Assembly (NCBI RefSeq): GCF_023055435.1
Contig: NW_025964361.1
Location: forward strand, 54,560,001 to 54,624,000
Length of the DNA: 64,000 nucleotides
Direction: 5' to 3'
Source: Haliotis rufescens
Lineage: Eukaryota
The stretch's first letter is position 1, and each line of letters starts with the position of its first letter. The notes beneath the pieces were generated by a model, which saw only the letters and a program-made list of their open reading frames with translations, was not told the DNA's origin and did not search any database. The position numbers and the translations under genes are program-made. Below, one piece after another: positions 27,991-40,060 of this stretch.

Positions 27991-29340
27991 TAGTTATAAC
28001 ATATAATAACACCCCCAGAAAGCCTACAACACTAGACTGACTTGACATAGTGGTCCATTACATCCCTGGTTTAATCTCCTTCAGATGACTGACACAACTG
28101 CCATGTATATGACAAATATGTCCTACCAAGACAAATGACATCCATAATACATTATACAACCACACAACACACTGATGCACCAGAAACTCCGTCCCTGGTC
28201 ATGTAACATTACTCACCAAGGACTGTACTGTGTGTTGTTTAACATACAAACACTCAACCAGTATTGTTGACTAAACAATCACCATCCTCGCCACTGCCAA
28301 ACTTGCTGATTGATTTATCTGCTAATTACAAGTCCCTGCTACTGTACAGCCTCACCTGGGCCAGTGACAAGCAACATGGAGTCCTACACTCACTAATGTT
28401 AGGATCAAATTAAACCTGCCCATGTTGCCAGCGAGGTTCACCCATTGTCCTTGTATCAGTGCTTCTCACTGTAAGCATGGTAAGAGAATCTGATTAAATG
28501 GTAACAATGACAACCAATATCCACTGCTGGGGAATTAAATGACATTGGGAAGAACTACTTAGTGGAATAATTATACCTAACTATGTATTACTGTTAACAT
28601 TCGTTGGTTCACACAAATTTCATCAACTTGATAATTATATTTTTATATGGTGCTGGTATAATGCTTATCATCACTATCATATGGCTGTATATATGAAATA
28701 TGGCGCTTCTCTATCTCTGACTGTGATGATAACATGGTTATATGCATCTCAGTGAGTGGTGTGACGTCATAAAAGTCGTGTCACTGGGAATGGTTTAGGA
28801 CTTAACCTTTCAAGGTTTGATTTATTTTCTTCAGAAGTGTTTTTTTATCTCTGAAAATACATAATTTATTGAAACAAGCATTTAAATTGAAAAGGAGCCC
28901 CAGTGAGATGGGAGATTCAGAACCTAAACCTGTGCAAAATCTAGACTTGCTTCATTCAGTGCTATAGCATTACAGAAAGGAAGGGGAAGTAATATTATTC
29001 GGAGACTGAGACGGAGTAGTGTGCCTGCTTAATGTTTTCTTAAAAGTAGCTGTTGTACACACCTTCAATCACTCTCATATATGCAAGACAAGTATATTAA
29101 TTCAAACAAACCAAAAGCAACATACTTGGTTTTAAGGCTTTCTTCTGTGCTTTATTAATTTAAATTTACAAACATCTGGCTTGCCCCTGCAGTGTCCACA
29201 ATAACAGCCAGCCCGCCTGCCTGTGGCTGGTAACTTTTCTGTTGGGTTGCATGAAATTTTACTCCCCTTTCCCGACTGTCTGGCAGATAACTTTAATGAC
29301 TAATGACTACTTAGGTATTCAGTTTTTTATAGATTCTCAA

Positions 29341-29690
29341 GTTATTGGTAGAGCGTCCGCCCGCAGAGCGGAAGGTCCGGGGTTCGATCCCCGGCCGCGT
29401 CATACCAAAAGACGTTAAAAGATGGTACTTGTTGTTACCCTGTCTGGCGCTCTACATTAAGGGGCTAAAACAAGGACTGGTCGGCTCGGAGTCAGTATAC
29501 TGTGTCTGAGTGGGGTATTCATGTTAAACTGCGGCATGGTATCTCAGTGAGCTAGCACTATAAATCGGCATCAGTCCGGACTAGTACAAGCAGCCACAGA
29601 CACACACGTGCATGCACGTCGCTATATAAGTGCAATAATCTTGCAACACGACGTTAAACCCAATTTCACCTCACCTCACCTCACCTCACC
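29341..29690 (+). mobile_element. tRNA-derived SINE family B (Meta-SINE-like)
   Basis: B-box GGTTCGATCCC, then GTCATACCAAAAGAC...GGTACTTGTTG as in the molluscan Meta domain (recalled, not searched); (TCACC)n tail. Confidence 0.85.
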
Positions 29691-29973
29691 TTATTTCTAC
29701 TGAATCAAGACACTTGTCTCTTGTTTTTCACTTTTGTTCTTGTACTGTCGTCAACGATCCATTATTGTTGTTTGAAGAGAAGTAACTCTCACTTTTGTAA
29801 ACTATGCTTTCATTGGTCAAGTAACTTTAAAGAGGGACAGGCAACATTAATGGGTCACCTGAGCCCACATTCAATTTTAAATACAATTTAGTGGTGACAA
29901 ATCAGCAGTAATATATTAAAATATGTCACCAAATATGGCAAAGATCTAATAGTGATTGCTTTCATGAGAAGTA

Positions 29974-30158
29974 GGGCGGTCGGGTAGCCTAGTGGTTAAA
30001 GCGTTCGCTCGTCACGCCAAAGACCTGGGTTCGATTCCCGACATGGGTACAATGTGTGAAGCCCATTTCTGGTGTCCCCCGCCGTGATATTGCTGGAATA
30101 TTGCTAAAAGCGGCGTAACACAATACTCACTCACTCACTCACTCACTCACTCACTCAC
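29974..30158 (+). mobile_element. SINE family A, full length, young
   Basis: A-box TAGCCTAGTGG, B-box GGTTCGATTCC, (ACTC)n tail, TSD TCATGAGAAGTA at 29962-29973 and 30159-30170. Confidence 0.95.
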
Positions 30159-30189
30159 TCATGAGAAGTAACAGTGAGAAGTGAACAGT

Positions 30190-30330
30190 ATTTCCATTAT
30201 GTCGGAGTGTGTCAGCTTGATGTGGGAGGAAAGCGTGAAGTGATGGAGGTCCAAGGCATGTACCACTTTGTGGAGACCCACAAGCATGGAAACCTAGTAA
30301 CAATAATGCTGCACCGGGATTCGAACTAAC
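30190..30330 (-). mobile_element. SINE family D fragment
   Basis: TGTGGGAGGAAAG...CCCACAAGCATGG...GGATTCGAAC matches 52440-52552. Confidence 0.6.
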
Positions 30331-31051
30331 CATCAGAGCTTCTGGCATACTGGCAAGAGATACAACTATTCTCATCAAATTCAGCAGCCTTAGACAACTG
30401 AACCACTTGTGCATCCACAAGACACAGCCTTACAGAAAAGCAGTGTGTGGATGTGACAAGTCTGAGCTGTATTGATTGTATTGGCAAGAACCTGGGTGTA
30501 ATACACAAGTAAATGTCATGTTTGAAACTGACACGAAACTATGTTAGGTCATGCAGCACCGAGACGGAGGTCATCAGACAGGTCTTAAGTTCCGCAACCC
30601 ATGTTCATGTCATCAGCTCCCCCACCTACCTTCATGCTCAGGGGGAGATAACTGCACCTCCACAGTTTCATATACACCAACTTTCTTCCCCAACATCACA
30701 TATAGACCACACAGAATATCAGCTGAGAGTCATTTCTGCACATAGTTCAATGACAATGTTCGGTCTGTCCGTCTGGGATGCTGTGGGTAAACAGTCAGTA
30801 CACCCTGTGAAACAAACTCGTGAAACTCAATCTGGTCGGTTGTCAAAGGTTTCCAAGGGTACATAACAATGAAACAGTCACTTAAAGAAATTCAACAAAA
30901 GCCGTGACACAAGTGAAATAGTTATTGTGCATTGATTAACTGGCCAAAACCTCCACCCTAATTCCCACCTCTGGAACATGAAAACAACTTCAGTAAAACA
31001 TTGGGTATGTGTAGAAAAATGAAACTTGAAATATAGATAAAGTGATGCCTT

Positions 31052-31818
31052 GTGTGAGTGAGTGAAGGAAGGAGTGGGTGAGTGAGGGAGGAGTGAGTGA
31101 GGAAGGACTGGGTGAGGGGAGGAGTGAGTTCGTGGGCTTTGAGCATTGAGTGAGAAAGTGGATGGGTGAGTGAGTGAGTAAGGGAGGGGAGCTGGGAATG
31201 AGTGAGTGAGTGAGGTAGGAAGAGAGTTGGGAGGGAGGAAGAAGGGAGGGGGAATAAGTGGGGCAGGGAGGAAGGGAGGAAGGAATGAGTGAGTGAGGGA
31301 GTGAGGAAGAAGGGAGGGGCAGGGAGGGAACAAGAAAGGGGGGGTAAGGGGGGCAGGGAGGGAAGGGAGGAGGGAATGAGTGAGTGAGTAAGGGAGGCAG
31401 AAAGGGGGTGGGGAGGGAGGGAGGGAGGAAGAAGGGAGGGGGAGGGAAAAAGAAAGGAGGGAGGAATAAGTGGGGCAGGGAGGGAAGAGGGAAGGAATGG
31501 GTGAGTGAGGGAGGAGTGAGTGTGGAAGGAGTGAGTGAGGAAGGACTGGGTGAGGGGAGGAGTGAGTTCATGGGCTTTGAGCATTGAGTGAGAAAGTGGA
31601 TGGGTGAGTGAGTGAGTAAGGGAGGGGAGGAGGAAAGGAGTGAGTGAGTGAGTGAGGGAGGTAGGAAGGGGATGGAAAGGAAAGGAGTGAGTGAGTTTAA
31701 ATTGAGAGAATGAGTGAGTGCGGGAGGGAAGAAGGGAGGGAGTTTGGGAGTAAGGGGGGAGCGAGTGGAGGAGGGTCCTGAAGGAAGGAGGGCGTGGGGG
31801 AGGGAGGGAGGGAGGAGA
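31052..31818. repeat. Purine-rich (GA/GAGT) low-complexity tract with an internal direct duplication
   Basis: 31075-31185 recurs at about 31499-31622. Confidence 0.9.
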
Positions 31819-32894
31819 TATTACATACAGGTTAATGATGTTAGCATCACATTACATACTGCAATGTAAACTTCACTCATTTGCAAAGTGTTTTAACAAA
31901 AATATAATTTGTGCTAAATACACATAACAAATCACAACAACATCTCTATTAAATGTTTTACCCACTCACTAGATCCAACACAGGTAACACAGACAAGAGA
32001 AAAATGTCAAACTTGTGAGTTGTGACCCCGCAGAAATAATAAATAAAACAACATAATTTTGCGTTATAAACACAAGCAACAGTACAACAAAAGACCAATG
32101 ACATCATACATCACGTCCATGGAGATACAGAATGGCCATCGCGGATTCACACGTTCCATAGAATACACGTTTTGAATTTCCCAGTGGTACTCTATCAATG
32201 TTGCAGCAGGTGAAGAGTCAATTGACAACAAGAAAACAGCATTATCACAACCAATCCAAAATAGCATGACAATTTCCGAACTCTGTTAATATTGGTAGAG
32301 AGTTTCATAGAAAATATATAAAAAAGAATATGGATATATATGATCCAGATACTAACGCACCCCACTAGTTACCTGTTTGAAAGCAACCTGTATTTGGGTG
32401 AAGTCCAACCTGTTGCTATAGAAACAGCAAAAGGCACCAGTTCAGCAAATACCAATGCAAAGCTTCATGATAAAATATTAAACGGTTTCAGAGTTATGCC
32501 CGGAAGGACGGATGGACTGCACCCATTCTTACATCCCCTCCAACATCATGGCAGCGGATATTAAAACATGAGAGAACTCCTACCCTACTGCTGATTATGC
32601 CTATTAAATATTAATCTCTATCTTACATAAGCATATTTGTTCAAAACACTGAAAAAATTAAATTCTATTTTCAAACTTAATGCCTTAAATTTGCTTGGTT
32701 AATGTCAAATATGTTTATCACGCAAAAACAAGCACTATTCATGCAAGCAACTGAGCGGCCTGATTCAGCTTTGTTGTATCTGTCTACAACATATGCTGGG
32801 AGGATTGTATTTCTCTCAAATACACACCTCACTTCCATAATGCTTTCCACTTTCACACTCTCCTTTCACTCTGTATGCTAATGTTTAGGGATGT

Positions 32895-32988
32895 CTACCC
32901 ATAAGTCAGTGCTCTACCCATAAGTCATTGCTCTACCCATAAGTCATTGCTCTACCCATAAGTCAGTGCTCTACCCATAAGACATTGC
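32895..32988. repeat. 19-bp tandem repeat, 5 copies
   Basis: CTACCCATAAGTCAKTGCT. Confidence 0.9.
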
Positions 32989-33255
32989 AGGAAGTAAAGG
33001 TAACAAACAGATCACATTCCCAAGGTATTTTCTACATAATTAATGACTGCAGTTTGCACACAAACCATACTGTTCACACAATCAAACATTTCAGCATGGG
33101 GTCTGTCCGTGTAAAATGGAAGAATGCCAACATACAGAATAGTGCAGTGACTGACCCCAGCTAGGATTGTATAGCAAGAATATATGCATGATGCAGTACA
33201 CACTAATTTCAGTATTTACAGTATGTTTTTGCACAAACTATTTTGCCTTGTGTGA

Positions 33256-33573
33256 GGTGAGTTGAAATGGGGTTTAACGCCACGTTCAAGATTATTGTAG
33301 TTATATAGTGACGAGCATGCACATACATGTGTGTGGGTGCTTATACGATTTTATAGTGCTAGCCCACTGAGATACCATGCTGCAGTTTAACATGAATACG
33401 CCACTCAGACACAGTATACTGACTATGAGCCATCTAGTCCTTGTTTTAGCCTCTTAATCAAGTTAATGCCATCGCCAGGCGGGGTAACAACAAGTACCAT
33501 CTTTCGACGCCTTCTGGTATGATGCGGCCAGGCACCTTCACTTCTCCAGGCAGATGATCTACCACTAGGCCAC
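33256..33573 (-). mobile_element. SINE family B
   Basis: Reverse-complement match to 29341-29690 with internal deletions. Confidence 0.85.
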
Positions 33574-34484
33574 TTGTTATTTAAAAACTCCAATTTCAAA
33601 TATATTTCTTTATTTCATCAAAATGTCTTGTAGGTAGTTAAAAATAGAGAAAAAATAGTGGGGGTGGGAAGAAAGGGGAATTGTCATAAATTGTGTCTCT
33701 GAGGCTTCCTAAGACAAATTTGCAACATAGTATTTTAAATAAATGAATTATATTGAGAGCAACAGTAAATAATTGTTTTTTTATATTTTACTTTTTCAGT
33801 TTTGCGGAATAAAGAAAACACTGGGGAGAAGGGGTAGTCACACATGCAGGGCGAGGGGTCATGAGTCTGAAGCCAATTAGCTAGCAGTTATCTCCCTTCA
33901 AGCACCTGCTGCAAACGTGCATGAAACACCTCGCCTCATCCATTTAGCTCAACCAATAACACTAAGCCTGAAGCTGCTGGGGGCTCTCCCACGCCAAGCC
34001 ACCTTAACAATTAACTTCAGATTGGCTCACTCTCACAATGAAACCTCTTTTCCAAGATGAGGCCCTATTTCAACAATTTCTTCCAAAGCAAGTCAGCGCC
34101 AAATTTATTTTGGTCTGTTTCCGCAATTAGGCGAAAACCAAATGACTGACTGGGTTTTTAAATCCAAGTCTGTGTCTGGCATGTCAAAGCAGTCTTTGAG
34201 GTTCTAATACACCAAATCAGATTCAGTTGTTCGGAAAGCCGCTTTCGTAGAGAAGATTGAGTGTGCAGCAAGATCTTTGGCAGCTGTGACTGGATGATAT
34301 TGTGTAAGATCATTCTATTTTTTTCAAATATAAATCCATCCCATAATTCAAACTGGCCATGTTTTTCAATATTTTGTGCTGTCTTTTTTAACATGACTTA
34401 AGCTGAATTATGCCACAGATATTTTCAAGCAGGTGACATTTGCTGTGGAACTGGGGTTGGTGAGTTCAGCTTCCTGTACTTGGA

Positions 34485-34751
34485 TTGGTTGGTTGGTTTG
34501 TTGTTTAACGCCACACTCAGCAATATGTCAGCTATATTGATGATGGTCTGTAAATATCGAGTCTGGACCAGACAATCCAATGATTAAGATCATGAGCATC
34601 GATCCACGCAATTGGGATCGATGACATGCATCAACCAAGTCAGCGAGCCTGACCAACTGATCCTGTTAGTCGCCTCTTACGACAAGCATAGTTGCCTATT
34701 ACAGCAACATGGGTTGCTGAAGGCCTATTCTACTCCGGATCTTCACGGGTC
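34485..34751 (-). mobile_element. Family C retroposon (non-tRNA head), full length
   Basis: 13-bp TSD TCCTGTACTTGGA at 34472-34484 and 34752-34764; 5' end GACCCGTGAAG; (AACC)n tail. Confidence 0.93.
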
Positions 34752-35038
34752 TCCTGTACTTGGAAATGGAGCTGGCTAAGCTTGATAAAATGTGTGTGTT
34801 TATTGCAGCTTAAAGTGCAGACTGTGCTGCTGAATGCTTAGTTATGTAAAAGTTACATAACATTACCATAGAAGTCGATCAGGAAGCATTTGGTTGGGTG
34901 TAACCTTGAGTATACAAGCTAGAGGACATGTTTGAGGATATAATTCTACCATCTGAGTCTGTCCTAGCAGGTCACAAGCAAGAGTTGGTCAACCAAATAT
35001 GCAGTGTCAGTATATTTCCACTTGGTCATTGCTTTCCA

Positions 35039-35083
<45 letters not shown>
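35039..35083. repeat. (CAT)n microsatellite
   Basis: Direct inspection. Confidence 0.95.
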
Positions 35084-35084
<1 letters not shown>

Positions 35085-35744
35085 GGTCTCAATATGATGG
35101 CCCTGTCATTAGGCCTTTAAGAAAGTCATGTTTAAAGGCTTCTCTTTTTTCAAAAAGTAATACAAAGTTTTGCAATAACCCTGCCTGTTAACAACTTGGT
35201 CAAGCGTTACATAACAATGCTAACTGTCCACTGTGAAAATAAATGCAAAACCTGATTGCATGTTCTATAAAAACAAGTCCAAATTAACAAGTTAAAAGTG
35301 GAGAAACTAATGCAAATACAGCACAAATCATGCAAATTAAGGATCGTGATGAATATAATAATGAATGAAGATTCAAGTATCGCAATACATATTGATTCAT
35401 GAGGTAGGCATATCGGAGCCCCTCGACTGTTAACAAGGCCATCATTCATCATTAATACCATCATCAATACTGCCATAACATGTGAGAAATAACACATCAC
35501 CACATGATCAGCCCCATGTGTAACACAATGTTTATTATGACAATGATTTGCTAATATTATGAGCACATAAACTGTGGTTATGGAAAAGCAGACACTACAG
35601 CCGTCAAATAATCCCGGACGGAAGCTTGTCTGACATCATACCGAGCCACCTGCGCTGTTTACCTGGCTTTTGTAATGGTCAGGTACCTCAAACCTAATAT
35701 AGTACCAGTTCAGCATAAATATGACAGTCACCTAGCAAACATTT

Positions 35745-36010
35745 GACCCGTGAAGATCTGGGTTAGAACAGGTCTTCAGCAACCCATGCTTACCGTAGCA
35801 GGTGACTATGCTTGTCGTAAGAGGCGACTAGCGGGATCGGGAGGTCAGGATAGCTGTCTTGGTTGATGCATGTCATCATATCCTAATTGCTAAGATCGAT
35901 GCTCATGATATCAATCACTGGATTGTCTGGTCAAGATCAGATTATTTACAGACCACCGTCATTTAAGCTGAAATATTGCTGAGTGCAGCATTAAACAAAC
36001 AAACAACCAA
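35745..36010 (+). mobile_element. Family C retroposon, full length
   Basis: Starts GACCCGTGAAG; (AAAC)n tail; TSD AGCAAACATT/AGCAATCATT with one mismatch. Confidence 0.9.
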
Positions 36011-36979
36011 AGCAATCATTGAATACACACAGTGTGTACCTGATTCAGAGTGTTTGCATGTATTTCTACAAAGGTTGTCAGCTGGAGTGATCTTTTTTTC
36101 ACCAGCATACATGTGCAAAATCATAAGGTTATTCAGTCATGTTTGACAGAGACGATTCTGCCTGGCCATGTTGATCTTGCCCTGCCGACCGAAGCCTAGC
36201 CTTGCTCCAAGCCTGTACTGTATTATAAGTTCATGGATGTCTAGTAACTCTATCCTTTTAGTTGGCGAGTCTAGGTTAACAGACAGTAAAGATGCAAGTC
36301 TTTTTATTGGGACAACTTGTTCTTATTACTTATACAATCTAGGAATTATAATTTAAACTAATAATCATTTCCTTAGAGACTTGTGCAAGTCTAACTGAAG
36401 CCTTGATCAGTGGGTACATGGCTGACAGGTATAGTCAGCGTAATTGCTGCAAAAACAGCAAAATCTGGATAGATGTTACATCAACATTGTAGTTCCTAGT
36501 CCAGTAGTTTTGAAATGATCAAAGCCACTTTCAGCACAATCCCTATTGATTGTTTCTCTGACATCACCATCAGTCTGGCCAATCACAGGGCTGAAATGGG
36601 TAATCAGCGTGTCTGGGGAATCCCTTACTTATTGCACAATTTCCTGGTGTGAGGACCAATTAGATGATCTTGGCTATAGCTAATACAGGTATCAAGATAT
36701 TAAGACCGACAAGTATGATTCCGAATGATTGACAATACAGACCAATGATGAAACATTACAACTGATGGCTACTTCCGAACAGGCATTTTTCACACAATAC
36801 GATAACAGATATGGACGTTTAGTGTAGATTGATTTGTAAAGTTAACTTACTCTATGCAATCGAAAGATTTTAGCTTTAAATTTTTCCAGACAAGGATAGA
36901 TAAAATTTACAGGCACTAACCAAAAATTATCAGCCAGACACATTCCGGAGTATATAAACACTGACCTGTCCTTAAAAAA

Positions 36980-37310
36980 GGTGGGAGAAATTGGGTTTAA
37001 CGTCGCGTCCAAGATTATTTCACTTATATAGTGACGTGCATGCACGCGTGTGTGTGTGGCTACTTGTACTAGACCGGACTGATGCCGATTTATAGAGCAC
37101 ACTCACTGAGATACCATGCCGCAGTTTAACATGAATACCCCACTCAGACACAGTATACTGACTCCTAGCCGACCAGTCCTTGTTTTAGCCCCTTAATGCC
37201 GAGCAACAAGTACCATCTTTTAGCGTCTTTTGGTATGACGCGTCAGGGGATCGAACCCCGGACCTTCTGCTCTCCGGACGGACACTCTACCACTAAACCA
37301 CGGTGGCGGT
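36980..37310 (-). mobile_element. SINE family B, full length
   Basis: A-box TGGTTTAGTGG, B-box GGTTCGATCCC; TSD CTGTCCTTAAAAAA at 36966-36979 and 37311-37324. Confidence 0.93.
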
Positions 37311-37956
37311 CTGTCCTTAAAAAAAACCTGGCTTATTACATCATTACAGTGAATGAACTCAAACATTTCTGTCACAGACTGTGAGCTGTGACACAAGTGT
37401 TGTAATTATATCACAGCTTGCAGTCAGTACCAAACACTGTTGAGTCTACTAGCCTGGGTGCCGTTGTACAAAACAACCTTAGCTCAAAGACTGTCGCATG
37501 TCTATGTTAAGGTATGGGAGTTACGTTCATCTTAGCGCTAAGATCGCTTTGTCAAATGGCCACCAGATATTAATCTTAGTTTATGGACCAGTACAAGCTT
37601 ATGTTACTGGACCATAAGAAATTTTACTAGACAGGGGCTCAGGACTAGTAGATAAAGTCGCAGACTGAGACGGTCAGATTAATATGGGACATATTGCAGA
37701 CATTTCCTACTTTTGAGTACCACTGATCACAGACATGGCGTGTTCCATGATCAAGGTATGGTGACGATGTTTAGTGCTCCAACTGTTTAGCGCCATCATG
37801 ACCCAGACAAGTGCACATCACGTTGCAGAGAATTGCAAGGTAAAATATCGACACTCGGATACTCAACAAAAATGACATCTGAAACAATGTCAACAAGCAG
37901 CATTGCATTGGGAACAAAAACACCTTAGTTGTCCAATCCAATATCCTAAAGGTCAA

Positions 37957-38145
37957 TTACCTGAAAAGTAGGATGAGAGGTAATGTGACTGTTAGCCATC
38001 TTGCACCTCACAGACAGCTTGGGTTGTACACTCCCCAAGGAGCTGAGAAAGAAAATCGAGTGCACACTGATCCATTCCAATGAACGCGGGGAAAAATGGT
38101 GTTCGTGCTCTCAGCATGCCTCAATGGATGGACTACAGCGCAAAT
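37957..38145 (+). mobile_element. SINE family E fragment
   Basis: ACTCCCCAAGGAGCTGAG core shared with 50530-50720, 57740-58010 (minus) and 60920-61000. Confidence 0.65.
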
Positions 38146-38794
38146 ATCTATTTTTAATATTATTTCTATTATTATTTGTAGTGTGATTATGATTATGATA
38201 ATGATTGATGATGATGATTATTATTAATTATATCATCATAAAGCAACAATTAGTTCAAACATATTTCTTTCCCCATACAAGATGAAAACAAACAGAAGTT
38301 GTGAGTGACGTTCCGAAGTCACAGTTCGTGAAGGAGTATTTGTCCAGTACCTGATACACTACTCCATGACACAGATCACACACGGGATCGCTAACACATA
38401 ATCATTATCACATTAACACAATGCCATGCAATCCTCAAACAAAACTCATTTCCGTATCCTCTTGGCTTAGTCCTGCCTAAGATCAATGTTTCACAAGTTT
38501 GGTTAGAATACACTCCCTTGTCAACAAGAAGGGATGAATATAGATGGGTATTAATCTTGTAAGTTATTCTGAGAACCGATCAACTGAAGTACGCCAAGGT
38601 CTTCCAATGTAATAGATGTAAATGAAAGATGATGCTCGCTGAAAGATGGTCGAGCTGAGCAAATGAAAATAAACATATTACAAATATTGATTATAGAGCT
38701 GGTATTGTAAAATTCAGTCATCAGATCTTTCCGACATGATGATCTATGGCCTGTTATGTGCATCAGTGAACTGGACAGCAATTCATGGATCCAC

Positions 38795-38944
38795 GATTCC
38801 GTGGGGACTCCGGGTTAGAACAAGTCCCCAGCAACTAATGCTGGTTGTAAGAGGCGACATAAACGATTGGGTTGTGAGGCTGACTGACTTGTTTGCTTGC
38901 GGGTCATCATACCAGGACAGTGTGGATCATTGCCCACAATATCC
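38795..38944 (+). mobile_element. Diverged family C copy, 5' half; resumes at about 39467-39520
   Basis: Head motif GGGTTAGAACA...GTAAGAGGCGAC; interrupted by the TIR element. Confidence 0.75.
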
Positions 38945-39461
38945 ATCTTCCTGAGGCAAGGGAGTTAACTGACTATAAAAGTCCAGTTTCCACCCTTGCC
39001 GAACCGGGCTGGTATTATGGAGTTAGATTTTGTCTGGACTAACGAGTCTATGCAAAGTCCAATCAAAATCGCGAACCGAAATCCAGTTTGTACACTGTCA
39101 TGCAGAGTTCAGTATATTGCAGGATTTGCAAAGCATGTGTACCGCCAACTCGATGTCAACAGATATTTTCCAAATCTTTTCATGTTTTTAATCAAGGTGC
39201 TCACATGATTTGATGCACTTTGCGATGTAAGACCCGTTTTATCATAATATAGATCTTGATTGTCAATCAGATCGTCTTGTCTTGGCACCGCCATTTTGTT
39301 TGAAACAAATGCAAGTGAAACAAGAGGTGGAATCTGATTGGTCCATAGGAAAGGCATAGAAGGGACATAACTCTTAACAGCCACTCATGGTGCAACAATC
39401 GAGCCCAGAATTCTAGCCTAGTTCGGCAAGGATGGAAACTGGACTCTTGCCTCAGGAAGAT
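38945..39461. mobile_element. Non-autonomous TIR DNA element (ATCTTCCTGAGGCAAG...CTTGCCTCAGGAAGAT)
   Basis: Bipartite terminal inverted repeats; related copies at 50740-51070 and 15149-15348. Confidence 0.88.
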
Positions 39462-39929
39462 AAAAAATATCGATCACTGGTCTAGACTTGATTATTTACA
39501 AGCCGCAATCACATTATTGAAATAACACAAAAGATCATGGAAATGTGGTAATCCTAGGCTTGGCTTCATTCAACAATTCTGTCAGAACGTAGTGGACATT
39601 GTAGTGTCTGTGAATCCACACGTTAAAAGACATTGGAACATTTTGGTGTTGTATGTAGATCCAATAAATTTGATGAATACTTTGTGATGTATTAAAATTC
39701 GCACCAGGCAAGCCCCCAATTTCAATCGGGTGTGATTGATGCACCCGATTTTTTATGACATCTAATCTGAATTTTATGACATCTTTTATACCTATCCATG
39801 TAAAAAAAAATAGTACTTTAGTTAAGTGTGGAACATATCAAGATATTGCAAAGTGACTAAAGTCTACATCTGAAACCTGCATGGTAAAATGTACTGAAAA
39901 CATCACAAAGACAAATGAGGCCAGTAGAC

Positions 39930-40060
39930 CAGCGGAAGAAACTACCATTTTTAGTCCACTAGTCCTAATAATGATAACACAAAGCAAAACCCTTAAAAGG
40001 GCAAATTTGTACTTGTCCTTATGATACCTTAAAATTATTGGGCAGTTTGGCAAGGACTAG
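39930..40060 (-). repeat. Dispersed repeat (GGACTAGTGGAC family)
   Basis: Reverse-complement match to 55268-55412 and 56058-56200. Confidence 0.7.

Noticed and set aside
26831-28048. Long 12-aa repeat ORFs on both strands
   Set aside because: 36-bp satellite artefact; open on both strands with no recognisable domain.
29974-30048. tRNA gene
   Set aside because: The tRNA-like head continues into a SINE body, tail and TSD, and there are several dispersed copies.
30878-31587. Pro/Ser/Leu-rich ORFs
   Set aside because: Translations of a polypurine low-complexity tract.
34928-35191. Poly-His protein
   Set aside because: (CAT)n microsatellite inside a short ORF without other support.
35745-35845. 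Canonical HDV-like ribozyme in the family C head
   Set aside because: GACTAA-CGGG (GACTAG-CGGG in this copy) resembles J4/2-P2, but there is no TCCnCG-type L3 and no upstream P1 strand; the pairing order differs.
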